Part shown: one piece after another, positions 28,390 to 37,674 of the stretch
Layout of the letters: each line of letters begins with the position of its first letter
Numbering within the stretch: the first letter of the stretch is position 1
DNA from: Candidatus Woesearchaeota archaeon
GTDB lineage: Archaea > Nanobdellota > Nanobdellia > Woesearchaeales > GCA-2686295
Direction: 5' to 3'
Assembly: GCA_016784125.1 (NCBI GenBank)
Contig: JADHVI010000001.1
Span: 78,417 to 142,416 of the forward strand
DNA length: 64,000 bases
The notes under the pieces: model-generated
Database searches by the model: none
What the model was told of the DNA's origin: nothing
Seen by the model: only the letters and a program-made list of their open reading frames with translations
Made by a program: the position numbers and the translations under genes

Positions 28390-29789
28390 AATTTGACAGA
28401 AGAAGTTTAACGATGTTGGTTTTGTTTTTGCTAGCTGCATTAATGTTATCATCCCCTTTCATTGTTCGTTCATTTAATGGGGATCCATTATTTTCATATT
28501 CGGGTTCTTATTATAATTTAAGAGCTTCAGAAGACATTTACACAGGGGTTTATTGGGATCCTCTGGAATCAAGAATTCACAAAGTATCTTTTGCTAATTA
28601 CTTCTTAGGATTTTTGATGTCAGTTACAAATATGCAAGGCATAATAATTATTTCTGTAATCATTGGATTACTTTCTTTGTATATCTTCTTTCTCATTACC
28701 AAACGTTTCTATCTTGAAAGAACCGCCACATATACAGCATTTCTATTTGCTCTCTCACCAATGTTTCTTTACTTATTCACCAGAATCAATGATTTGTCAT
28801 TGGCAACGTTCTTCTTACTGTTGTTTTTTCATTTTTATCTTAAAAAGAATTATTTTTCAATTCTCTTTATGGTGCTAATTGCAGTAACTAGCTTTCAATT
28901 TTTTGTTGCAGCAGTTATCATACTACTCTGTTATGAACTTTACTCGCGAAAACTATTATTCTTAATATCAAATTTAGTTCCAGGAATCATTGCTTTTTTC
29001 ATATTTGCTTTTTATCATAAAGGATTTCAAATATTTGCAAATGTTTTCGCTAATCCATCTTTGTCATTTTACTTCACATCGTTTGGTGCCAAAACAGGAA
29101 TACCTTTTTTCTACCTATTCTTAGGTTTTATAGGTTTATTTGCAACATGGAAACGTGGAAGAGAGTATTCTTTCTTTTTATTATCGCTGGTGATTGTTTT
29201 TGTTTTCTCTTTCTTCACAGTGGTTGGGAAAGTAGTGTTAAATTTCTACATTTGTTTTTTGGCAGCAGCAATAATAATAACTCTTTTACGAAGAAACTGG
29301 GCTGTTATTTTTATCAAGAGATTTAGTTTATTGCTAGTTCTTTGTAGTGTAATATTTTCAACTTCTCTCTACACAGATCAGATCATAAATGAGAATCCAA
29401 ATAGTGATTTAGTCAATGCACTCCGATTTTTAGAATCACAACCTGATGGAGTGGTTTTTTCCCATGAGAAATATGGAGGGTTCATACAATATTTTTCTGA
29501 AAAAAAGAGTTTTCTAGATGATAACTCTTTTGATTATGACAACTACTTCGCTTTGAAAGATACTGAGCAAAAAATATTTTATTCTCGGAACCTAGAACAA
29601 ACAGAGGAAATTTTAAAGGAAAGTCAAATAGATTATATTTTAATAACTCCTGAAATGAAAGAAGGCTTGGTTTGGAAGAAGTCTGATGAAGGACTATTGT
29701 TTTTGTTAGAAAACAGTGATCATTTTAGTAAACTATTTTCTTCTGGAGAAATTACTGTCTGGAAGCATATAGGAGGGTTTGTTTCCTAA
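28386..29789 (+). CDS. GT-C fold/STT3-like membrane protein (paralog of the upstream gene)
   Basis: SYYNLR..WDPL; many TMs; ALRFLES..VFSHEKYGGFI; ATGA overlap with the upstream stop. Confidence 0.6.
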   Translation: MKFDRRSLTMLVLFLLAALMLSSPFIVRSFNGDPLFSYSGSYYNLRASEDIYTGVYWDPLESRIHKVSFANYFLGFLMSVTNMQGIIIISVIIGLLSLYIFFLITKRFYLERTATYTAFLFALSPMFLYLFTRINDLSLATFFLLLFFHFYLKKNYFSILFMVLIAVTSFQFFVAAVIILLCYELYSRKLLFLISNLVPGIIAFFIFAFYHKGFQIFANVFANPSLSFYFTSFGAKTGIPFFYLFLGFIGLFATWKRGREYSFFLLSLVIVFVFSFFTVVGKVVLNFYICFLAAAIIITLLRRNWAVIFIKRFSLLLVLCSVIFSTSLYTDQIINENPNSDLVNALRFLESQPDGVVFSHEKYGGFIQYFSEKKSFLDDNSFDYDNYFALKDTEQKIFYSRNLEQTEEILKESQIDYILITPEMKEGLVWKKSDEGLLFLLENSDHFSKLFSSGEITVWKHIGGFVS

Positions 29790-30475
29790 GAGTACCAAGA
29801 AGGATGTTGTTTTTTGTCTTCTGCTAACAGTCTTTCTAAATCCATGTATTCCATTAAAAAATCCTTTGATTGAAAACCATAAAAGACTTTTTCATCTATC
29901 ACAAGTGTTGGTAGTTTATGTTCTTGTATATCATATTTTTCTCTTAGAAAATTAAGTGCTGCATTATCCAATGCCACTTCAAATGAATATATGTAGAAGA
30001 AAGGATAGTTTCTGTGAACATTTGTTAGTACTAATCCTTGGTCTTCGCAATCCACACAGTTTTTGTTTGTATAAAAATACATAACTAATGGTTTCTCAAT
30101 TTTACAAACGTCTTTTGCCTCTGCGGCCAATAACCAATGTCTTATCAAAAGTAACGAATAATAGTTCTTTAAAGACCATACTTGTGGTGCATTATAACCA
30201 TATATGCCTTCCATGTATGTTAGCTTTGTTCCAATGGATGAAACTTCATCAGTATAGGATGTTAAATTTATGTTTTCACATAAATCTTCAGTCACTAATT
30301 CGAATAACATCTCATTTCCTAAAGATTCAATTCTCAAATCTTGCTCCAGTCCATACACCAGTTGTAGTTTTTGTTCACTGATATATTCTCCTATTATGAA
30401 TCCCACTAAGAAAATTATTATTGTTAGAAAGAAAGCTGCGAAATATCTTGATGATTTGATTTTTTTTCGATGCAT
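29786..30475 (-). CDS. Membrane-anchored thioredoxin-like CxxC protein
   Basis: N-terminal TM; YFYTNKNCVDCEDQG and LPTLVID (cis-Pro loop). Confidence 0.65.
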   Translation of the reverse strand: MHRKKIKSSRYFAAFFLTIIIFLVGFIIGEYISEQKLQLVYGLEQDLRIESLGNEMLFELVTEDLCENINLTSYTDEVSSIGTKLTYMEGIYGYNAPQVWSLKNYYSLLLIRHWLLAAEAKDVCKIEKPLVMYFYTNKNCVDCEDQGLVLTNVHRNYPFFYIYSFEVALDNAALNFLREKYDIQEHKLPTLVIDEKVFYGFQSKDFLMEYMDLERLLAEDKKQHPSWYS

Positions 30476-30476
30476 T

Positions 30477-31748
30477 TTAACTGGAAAAATAATTTGGTCC
30501 CCATTTGACCTTTTTTTTCCGTATATAGTAATATAGTGCTAAGACCCAACAAAATGATCCTAACAACCAATATGTGAATGTAAAAGTGATAAAGGGTACT
30601 AAAATGTTTTGTTTTTCTCCAGATATGCGTTTAATATAGTATACAAACACCAAAGCAACTATGACTAGTATGACAGGTATAATAGTTGTATTGCTAACAC
30701 TAATAAAGAACAAATCAAAGCTATACTGAAAGTTTGGAAGCTGAAATCCTATTAAATACAATCCTCTTATCCAATGTGTGGCGTTGTAAACAAGCATGAT
30801 TATTGCATAAAAGAATAGCGCGATTGTTAGAAAAACAAACGTGACTGCAGTTGGTAATATGAACACTCCTAAGTTTCCATAGTCTTTACTAAATAGGTGT
30901 TTGTATCGTTTTATTTGGATAAGAAAGCCGTAGAACCATCTTAATCTTTGATTTACAAAGGCTTTTAATCCTACAACGCCGCTAGTGTATACGTTTGCAT
31001 CTATAACATTTTCAATGAGGTAGTTATGGCTCTGGATTCTGAGAGAGAGTTCTAAGTCTTCTACCATTGTTCGTGCATTTAGAAGTCCGTGTTCTTCAAC
31101 AAATTTCCTTCTTACAAGGGTAAAGGCTCCTGGTGCTAATGGGATTGCACCAAGCTCTGATTGTAAATGTCTAATAAAAACCGCACTTAGAAATTCGTGG
31201 AATTGAACTTTTTGAAGAAATGTTTTTGGCTTCCAAATTTTTATTGAAGGAATGGCACCCATTACTTGTGGATCTTTGAAGCACGGAACTAATTTATTTA
31301 ATACATCTGCTTCAATAAATGAATCTGCATCCAATCCGGCAACTAATTCTCCAGTTGCATGTTTTAAACCTTCATTTATAGCAATTGTCTTTCCTTGAGA
31401 AACTTTGTTAGATAATATTTTAACTCCAAATAGTTCATATTCTTTTGCTAGTTTCAAACTATCATCTGTGGAGCCATCATTAACAATTATGATTTCCAAT
31501 TTGTTTTTAGGATAATCACAGTTTAGGAGAGAATCAACTGTTTTTTTCAATCTGCCTCCTTGCGCAGACCCCTCATTCCATATTGGAATTATTATAGATA
31601 CTTTTGGTCTAAATTTATCATCCAAAACGTATTCTTTTTTATCCGGGGACTTTATTGTAAGAAAATATACTATTGATGTAAATAATCCGAAAAAAGAGAG
31701 AATATAGATAACTATGGCATGAAATGTAATATACATATGTTTATACAT
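30477..31748 (-). CDS. Processive-type GT2 glycosyltransferase
   Basis: IIPIWNE, NDGSTD, LDADS, VEDLE, QRLRW; flanking TMs. Confidence 0.9.
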   Translation of the reverse strand: MYKHMYITFHAIVIYILSFFGLFTSIVYFLTIKSPDKKEYVLDDKFRPKVSIIIPIWNEGSAQGGRLKKTVDSLLNCDYPKNKLEIIIVNDGSTDDSLKLAKEYELFGVKILSNKVSQGKTIAINEGLKHATGELVAGLDADSFIEADVLNKLVPCFKDPQVMGAIPSIKIWKPKTFLQKVQFHEFLSAVFIRHLQSELGAIPLAPGAFTLVRRKFVEEHGLLNARTMVEDLELSLRIQSHNYLIENVIDANVYTSGVVGLKAFVNQRLRWFYGFLIQIKRYKHLFSKDYGNLGVFILPTAVTFVFLTIALFFYAIIMLVYNATHWIRGLYLIGFQLPNFQYSFDLFFISVSNTTIIPVILVIVALVFVYYIKRISGEKQNILVPFITFTFTYWLLGSFCWVLALYYYIRKKKVKWGPNYFSS

Positions 31749-31787
31749 GCAAGGATCATTTTAAATATTTCTGTTATATTATCTTTT

Positions 31788-32246
31788 TTAAAGTTGTCTT
31801 TTATTCTTTATTAAATCACCAATAGTTAATGTTTCACTGCTGGTTGTTTTGAAGCCACCTTTTTCTTTGTATTGGGTTATAAGGCTGATGTGCAGAAATT
31901 TTTCAAGTTTTTTAGCTAAATCCATGTTTGGTTCCATGTGTCCAGATTCTATGTTATGAATGACTGATTCTTTCTCAGCAATCTTCTTGGCTAATTCTTT
32001 TTGCTTTAGATTCATATGTTCTCGTTTGTTCTTTACAACTAAAGAATAATTTGGGATTATTACCACGAAAGTTTCTTGTTCTTCGATTTGTCGTGTTTTA
32101 GCTTTAATTACTGCTTTTGGCTCAGGTTCTTTCACTTTTAATATTACTTCACCATAATTAGCGCAGTTTTTACAAACGTTTAGAAATGAGACTTCAATCT
32201 TTGTTCTATAAAGCTGACCTTCAGCACCACACATGTCGCAGTACAA
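31788..32246 (-). CDS. mbf1: Archaeal multiprotein bridging factor aMBF1
   Basis: CDMCG..VCKNC Zn ribbon plus HTH QKELAKKIAEKESVIHNIESG, TIGD; TTG start after GGGGTGA. Confidence 0.9.
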   Translation of the reverse strand: MYCDMCGAEGQLYRTKIEVSFLNVCKNCANYGEVILKVKEPEPKAVIKAKTRQIEEQETFVVIIPNYSLVVKNKREHMNLKQKELAKKIAEKESVIHNIESGHMEPNMDLAKKLEKFLHISLITQYKEKGGFKTTSSETLTIGDLIKNKRQL

Positions 32247-32283
32247 TTTTTTCACCCCAGAACATTTTACTTTATTTTGACTT

Positions 32284-33411
32284 TTATTCTTTATAAACTT
32301 TTTTAAAAATTGTAACAGTATATTCTTGTTGACCTGAAAAAACCCTTTTCTCTTCAATAATTTGGAGGTTTTTTTTCTCGCTTTCTTTCTTTAATAAATC
32401 ATTTCTTAACGTACAAACAACCGCTAAACCTTTAGCTTTTAATACATATTCTACTTGGTAAAAGAATTCTTGATACATCTTTTCAACGAATTTCGAAGGC
32501 ATTTTCTTTGATTCAGATGGTAGCTTTGTTACTATCTTATCAACGGATCTTTCTTCAAATTTTGTATCTAACCATTCAATTTCTGTTTTAGAAAAATTAA
32601 TATTTTTTTCCACCCCTGCAATCTTGGCATTCTTTTTTGTGGAATCAATGTTTCTCAACATTTTATCATAAGCATATATTTTTACAATTTTTTTCTTTAT
32701 CTTTTTGTCTTCTTTGTCCAACAGTTTCTGCCAGTTCGGCATGATTTTTTGAAACTCAAATTCTTTCTTGTAGAAATGAACTGATTTTTGTATTGCCATC
32801 AAAGCCGCTTCTATTGGCACAACGCCTGATTCACATAAAGGATCTATGATTATTTCGCCTGGTTTATAATCAGCAAATCTAATCAATGCATAGGCGAGAG
32901 TGCCCTTTAGTGATCCTGCCTTAGTAAATATGCGATAGTTTCTTTTGCTTAGATCCCTTCCTGAGTAATCAATACACAAGTATCCTTTGTTCTTGTAGAT
33001 GTAAATGTATAGTGTGATATTTGATTCTTTTCTAGAGATTTTAAACTTTTTTTCCTCTAGTGCTTTGCTTGCTTCCTTTGCGAAGTCTACACTAGTAAAA
33101 TCATGTGTCCCAATTCTTTCACATTCAACTTGTATCTTATTCGAAGAATATTTTTTTAGTTTTGTTTCAATTCCTTTCTGGAATGCCTCAACACTTTTTC
33201 CAAGGTCAGAATGTATACTTATTTTATTTATCAAGATCAAAGCTCTTCTAATGGATTGGCAATTATACGCGATTTTGCAAATATCTTCTTCGTTTTTCAT
33301 AGAAAAAATTACAACTGTTTCTTCTTCTTTACTTGCGGATTTTATCTCTTCTTTAATTTCTCGACTTGCTACTTCTTCTAAACCTTTATCAACTATGACT
33401 ATTCCTTTCAT
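32284..33411 (-). CDS. THUMP-domain RNA methyltransferase (Trm14/RlmL-like)
   Basis: GLEEVASREI, RIGTHDFTSVD, DYSGRDLSKRNYR, IDPLCESGVVPIEAA. Confidence 0.8.
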   Translation of the reverse strand: MKGIVIVDKGLEEVASREIKEEIKSASKEEETVVIFSMKNEEDICKIAYNCQSIRRALILINKISIHSDLGKSVEAFQKGIETKLKKYSSNKIQVECERIGTHDFTSVDFAKEASKALEEKKFKISRKESNITLYIYIYKNKGYLCIDYSGRDLSKRNYRIFTKAGSLKGTLAYALIRFADYKPGEIIIDPLCESGVVPIEAALMAIQKSVHFYKKEFEFQKIMPNWQKLLDKEDKKIKKKIVKIYAYDKMLRNIDSTKKNAKIAGVEKNINFSKTEIEWLDTKFEERSVDKIVTKLPSESKKMPSKFVEKMYQEFFYQVEYVLKAKGLAVVCTLRNDLLKKESEKKNLQIIEEKRVFSGQQEYTVTIFKKVYKE

Positions 33412-33542
33412 TTTTATGAGGGCTTTTTTTGCTTATATAAAGCTTTTCAAATAGTATTTTCTTTCATAATTTTCTGATAGGGTATATTCGTAAATATATT
33501 CTTGACAATAAAAAAACATATAAATAAAATTAGTACCACAAA

Positions 33543-33589
33543 CCACTATATATAAAGTTTTTCCCAACATCACACCCTATGGGTAGTGT
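33543..33589. promoter_or_regulatory. Tandem NrdR-box-like operators
   Basis: CCACTATATATAAAGT (33543-58) and ACCCTATGGGTAGTGT (33574-89) resemble the NrdR consensus acaCwAtATaTwGtgt. Their starts are 31 bp apart, directly upstream of nrdR-nrdJ. Confidence 0.6.
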
Positions 33590-33649
33590 TTGACTCGTTT
33601 ATTTTTAGACGACAATTTTTTAATTTAAAAATTATTTTTAGGTGTAAAT

Positions 33650-34099
33650 ATGAAATGTCCTTTTTGTGAATTTGCGGATACTCGAGTTGTAGAAACTCGG
33701 GAAACAACTGAAGATGTAACTAGAAGAAGGCGCGAATGCATGAACTGCAAAAAAAGGTTTACAACCTATGAGCGTGTTGAATTACATCCTTTAATAATCA
33801 TAAAGAAAGCAGGTGTTCGAGAAGCTTTTGACAGACAAAAAGTCAAATCAGGAGTTTTAAGATCTTGTGAGAAAAGACCTGTTTCTATAGATGAAATTGA
33901 AAAGTTAATTGACAAGATTGAATCTGAATTAAGAAAAGCCGACAAAGCAGAAGTATCTAGCAAAGTTGTTGGTGATCTTGCCATGAGGTATCTCAAAAAA
34001 CTGGATAAGATTGCGTATATAAGGTTTGCAAGTGTTTATCTGGAATTCGAGGATGTCGAATTATTTCGAGAAGAAGCTAAAAAATTGATGAAGCAATGA
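33650..34099 (+). CDS. nrdR: Transcriptional repressor NrdR
   Basis: MKCPFC..TRVVETR..RRRRECMNCKKRFTTYE, ATP cone, AYIRFASVY. Confidence 0.96.
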   Translation: MKCPFCEFADTRVVETRETTEDVTRRRRECMNCKKRFTTYERVELHPLIIIKKAGVREAFDRQKVKSGVLRSCEKRPVSIDEIEKLIDKIESELRKADKAEVSSKVVGDLAMRYLKKLDKIAYIRFASVYLEFEDVELFREEAKKLMKQ

Positions 34100-34107
34100 G
34101 GTGTAAG

Positions 34108-36318
34108 ATGAGTTTAGTAAAAAAAATAAGAAAAAGAGATGGTGTAACAGTTCCTTTTGATCAAGATAGAATAACCAAAGCAATCCTTAAAGCAGTTGTT
34201 GCTGTTCAGGGTCAAGATGGTGTTCTGTCAAAAAAATTGTCAGATAAAGTTGTTGAAAAATTAGAAATTCGTTTTGGTTCGACAAAGGTTCCTGAAGTTG
34301 AAGAAATTCAAGATTTAGTCGAAGAAACGTTGATGGATAATGGACAGCTGAGTGTCATGAAAGCTTATATAATTTATCGTTACAAACACGATTTAATTCG
34401 AGAAGAAAGGAAGGTTGTTATTGGAAAACCAACTCAATCAAAATTAACCATTAATGCTCTGAAGGTTTTAAAAGAGCGATATTTGTTAAAGGATTCTCAA
34501 GGAAAGATTGTTGAAACACCTAATGATTTGTTTATGAGGGTTGCAAGAAATATAGCAAAAGCAGATAGAATGTATGACCGGGATGCAGATATTAAAAAAT
34601 TAAGAGAAGAGTTTTTCGATATGATGGTTGACTTAGATTTCGTGCCAAACTCACCAACTCTGATGAATGCAGGCATGGATCTTCAACAATTAGCTGCTTG
34701 TTTTGTTTTACCAATTCAAGATAGTATGGAGGGAATATTTGGTACCTTGAAAGATGCAGCAATAATTCATAAGAGCGGAGGCGGAACAGGTTTTTCCTTT
34801 TCAAGGTTAAGACCAAGAAATGCAAATGTTAAATCAACTCAAGGAGTTGCTTCAGGTCCTGTTTCTTTTTTGACTGTTTATAATGCCGCCACCGAAGTCA
34901 TTAAGCAAGGCGGAAAAAGAAGAGGCGCAAATATGGGTGTACTAAGAATAGATCATCCAGACATATTAGATTTTATCAATTGTAAAGAGAAAAATGATGC
35001 AATCACAAATTTCAATATTTCTGTTGGTATAACTGAAGATTTTATGAAGTCGGTTGAAAGCGATCAAGATTATGATTTGATTAACCCTGCAACCAAAGAG
35101 ATAGTTACAAGGATGAGTGCGCGCATGGTTTTTGATATGCTTGTAAGTGCTGCCTGGAGAAATGGAGATCCTGGAATATTATTTATTGATAGGATAAATC
35201 AAGATAATGCAACACCTGCATTAGGTGAAATGGAAAGTACTAATCCTTGTGGTGAACAGCCCTTATTGCCTTACGAAGCATGTAATTTGGGATCTATTAA
35301 TCTTGGGAACTTTGTCGAAGAAGACAAATCAATTGATTGGGATAGACTTAAAGTAATTATTCACAGAGCTATCCACTTCTTAGATAATGTTATAGATATG
35401 AGTAGATATCCAATTCCCCAAATAACAAAAGTAGTTCGCGCTAATAGGAAAGTTGGATTAGGAGTAATGGGTTGGGGAGATATGCTTATCAAACTAATGA
35501 TTCCATATAATAGCGATGAAGGTGTGAACAAAGCTGAAGAAGTAATGTCTTTCATAAAGAAAGAAGCAGATATTGCTTCTTGTAACTTGGCTAAAAAAAG
35601 AGGAACTTTTCCAAACTGGACTGGTAGCATTTTCAATAAAAATAGTAAATACTTCAAAGGAGAACATTTAAAATTAAGAAACGCCACTAGGACAACGATA
35701 GCTCCAACTGGAACAATTGGTATGATTGCAGATGCTTCTGGTGGGGTTGAACCTTTGTTTGCTCTTAGTTATGTAAAAAGAGTTATGGATGGAAAAGAAC
35801 TGTTCTATGTTGATAAAAATTTCAAGAAGATGTTGGAAAAAAGAGGCTTATACTCAAAAGAGTTAATGGAGAAAGTTATAAATCAAGGATCAATAAGTCA
35901 CATTGAAGAGCTTCCTGAAGATATTAAGAGAGTGTTTGTAGTAGCACATGATATATCGCCCGAATATCATCTTAAAATGCAATCGGCTTTTCAGAAGTAT
36001 ACTGACAACGCCGTTTCAAAAACAGTTAATTTCTCAAATGAAGCAAGTATAAAAGACGTTGAGAATGTTTATATTTTGGCATATAAACTTGGTTGTAAAG
36101 GAGTTACCATCTATCGTGATGGTAGTAAAGAAAACCAAGTCATGAATCTGAATGTTAATCTCAAGAGAGAGAAAGAAGAAAAGAAAAATCAAGGGGTTGC
36201 TGATAAACCTACAGGGAAAAAAAGTGACATCTGTCCGGATTGTGGTGGAAAAATGAAATTCCAAGAAGGATGTGCTACTTGTATTTCTTGTGGTTTCTCT
36301 TATTGTTCGGCATCGTAG
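34108..36318 (+). CDS. nrdJ: Class II (adenosylcobalamin-dependent) ribonucleotide reductase with ATP cone
   Basis: N-terminal ATP cone (IRKRDG..FDQDRI), PNSPTLMNAG, LAACFV, TNPCGEQ, ACNLGSINL, IAPTGT, C-terminal CPDC..C..CGFSYC. No beta subunit nearby; next gene is cobO. Confidence 0.93.
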   Translation: MSLVKKIRKRDGVTVPFDQDRITKAILKAVVAVQGQDGVLSKKLSDKVVEKLEIRFGSTKVPEVEEIQDLVEETLMDNGQLSVMKAYIIYRYKHDLIREERKVVIGKPTQSKLTINALKVLKERYLLKDSQGKIVETPNDLFMRVARNIAKADRMYDRDADIKKLREEFFDMMVDLDFVPNSPTLMNAGMDLQQLAACFVLPIQDSMEGIFGTLKDAAIIHKSGGGTGFSFSRLRPRNANVKSTQGVASGPVSFLTVYNAATEVIKQGGKRRGANMGVLRIDHPDILDFINCKEKNDAITNFNISVGITEDFMKSVESDQDYDLINPATKEIVTRMSARMVFDMLVSAAWRNGDPGILFIDRINQDNATPALGEMESTNPCGEQPLLPYEACNLGSINLGNFVEEDKSIDWDRLKVIIHRAIHFLDNVIDMSRYPIPQITKVVRANRKVGLGVMGWGDMLIKLMIPYNSDEGVNKAEEVMSFIKKEADIASCNLAKKRGTFPNWTGSIFNKNSKYFKGEHLKLRNATRTTIAPTGTIGMIADASGGVEPLFALSYVKRVMDGKELFYVDKNFKKMLEKRGLYSKELMEKVINQGSISHIEELPEDIKRVFVVAHDISPEYHLKMQSAFQKYTDNAVSKTVNFSNEASIKDVENVYILAYKLGCKGVTIYRDGSKENQVMNLNVNLKREKEEKKNQGVADKPTGKKSDICPDCGGKMKFQEGCATCISCGFSYCSAS

Positions 36319-36319
36319 A

Positions 36320-36943
36320 ATGACAAATAAGTTAGGTTTAGTACATGTTTATACAGGTAATGGAAAAGGAAAGACAACGCATGCAATGGGTATAGCTATG
36401 CGCGCAGTTGGTCAAGGTTTCAAAGTTTACGTTGTTCAATTTATGAAAGGTGGTGCTTACACGGGTGAATTCATAGCTGCTAAAAACTTTCTTCCAGCAG
36501 TAGATTTTGAGCAACATGGAAAACCTTGTGTGAAAGAGCAAAAGCAAATGAAGTTACGAGGTCTGGATGATAATAAACCACCATATTTTGATTATGTGAG
36601 AGATGATATTGATTGTGGTTCTTGCAGACATTGCTTTCTTAATGACACCGAACAAAGAGGATTTGTTAGATCGGCTTTTGATAAGGCTAAGGAAATTACT
36701 TCTTCAAAAGAATATGATTTGGTTGTGTTGGACGAAATAAATGTGGCGTTGGAATTTGACTTTATCAAAGTAGATGAGTTGAAACGTTTGATTAAAAACA
36801 AGAGTAAACATACAGAGTTAATTTTAACAGGCAGGGGTGCTTCAAAGGAGATAATGGCTCTATCAGACTATGTTAGTGAGATAAAGTCTATTAAACATCC
36901 TTTTGATGATGGTGTTTCTGCCAGGAGAGGAATTGAGTACTAA
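36320..36943 (+). CDS. cobO: Cob(I)alamin adenosyltransferase (CobO/BtuR/CobA type)
   Basis: VHVYTGNGKGKTT, QFMKG, VLDEIN, LILTGR, KHPFDDGVSARRGIEY. Confidence 0.93.
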   Translation: MTNKLGLVHVYTGNGKGKTTHAMGIAMRAVGQGFKVYVVQFMKGGAYTGEFIAAKNFLPAVDFEQHGKPCVKEQKQMKLRGLDDNKPPYFDYVRDDIDCGSCRHCFLNDTEQRGFVRSAFDKAKEITSSKEYDLVVLDEINVALEFDFIKVDELKRLIKNKSKHTELILTGRGASKEIMALSDYVSEIKSIKHPFDDGVSARRGIEY

Positions 36944-37641
36944 TGAAACAAGCAGTTGTTTTAGCGGCGGGACAAGGAGTGCGAATGCTTCCTCTAACAA
37001 AAGAAATTCCAAAACCTTTGATTGAAATTAATGGCAAACCTTTTTTAGAATACCTTTTAAGAAATCTTGAGAAGGCTGGTTATGAAAAGGTTTTTTTAGT
37101 TGTTGGATATAAGAAGGAGAAAATCGAGGCGTTTTTTGAACATACAAGTTTTAACTTTGAAGTTGAACTTGTCGAACAAGAAGAAAGGTTTGGAACTGGT
37201 CATGCAGTAAGTCTGTTAAAAGATAAAATTAAGGGCAATTTTGTCTTATTAATGGGTGATAATTTGTACTCTGAGATTGATTTTGCAGAAGTCCCTCTTG
37301 AAGATGATAATAATTATGTTTATGGATATGTGCATGTTAATCCAAAAGGTTTTGGAATTCTAGTTCACGAAGAAGATCTTCTAATTGAAATTCAAGAGAA
37401 ACCAGAAATTTCACCATCAAATATAATTAATGTTGCACTGTATAAGTTTACTAATGAAATATTTGATGTTTTAACAAATATAGAGAAATCTTCCAGAGGA
37501 GAATTTGAATTGACTTGTGGAGTTAATCTGCTTGCTAAACAAAAGAAGGTAAAAATGAGTTTGTTAAAAGATTATTGGCTAAATCTTGGTGTTCCGGCCG
37601 ATATTCCCATTCTCATGCAATTTGTAAAAAATAATTTCTAA
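36943..37641 (+). CDS. Sugar-phosphate nucleotidyltransferase
   Basis: LAAGQGVRMLPLTKEIPKPL, QEERFGTGHA, EKP, SSRGEFELT. Confidence 0.88.
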   Translation: MKQAVVLAAGQGVRMLPLTKEIPKPLIEINGKPFLEYLLRNLEKAGYEKVFLVVGYKKEKIEAFFEHTSFNFEVELVEQEERFGTGHAVSLLKDKIKGNFVLLMGDNLYSEIDFAEVPLEDDNNYVYGYVHVNPKGFGILVHEEDLLIEIQEKPEISPSNIINVALYKFTNEIFDVLTNIEKSSRGEFELTCGVNLLAKQKKVKMSLLKDYWLNLGVPADIPILMQFVKNNF

Positions 37642-37674
37642 AGATTTAAAAATAGTTTTCTCTTAGTCTAAACT

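Noticed and set aside
34108..36318. Class I RNR or intein-containing RNR
   Set aside because: No nrdB and no C-terminal tyrosine pair; cobO is adjacent; the length leaves no room for an intein.
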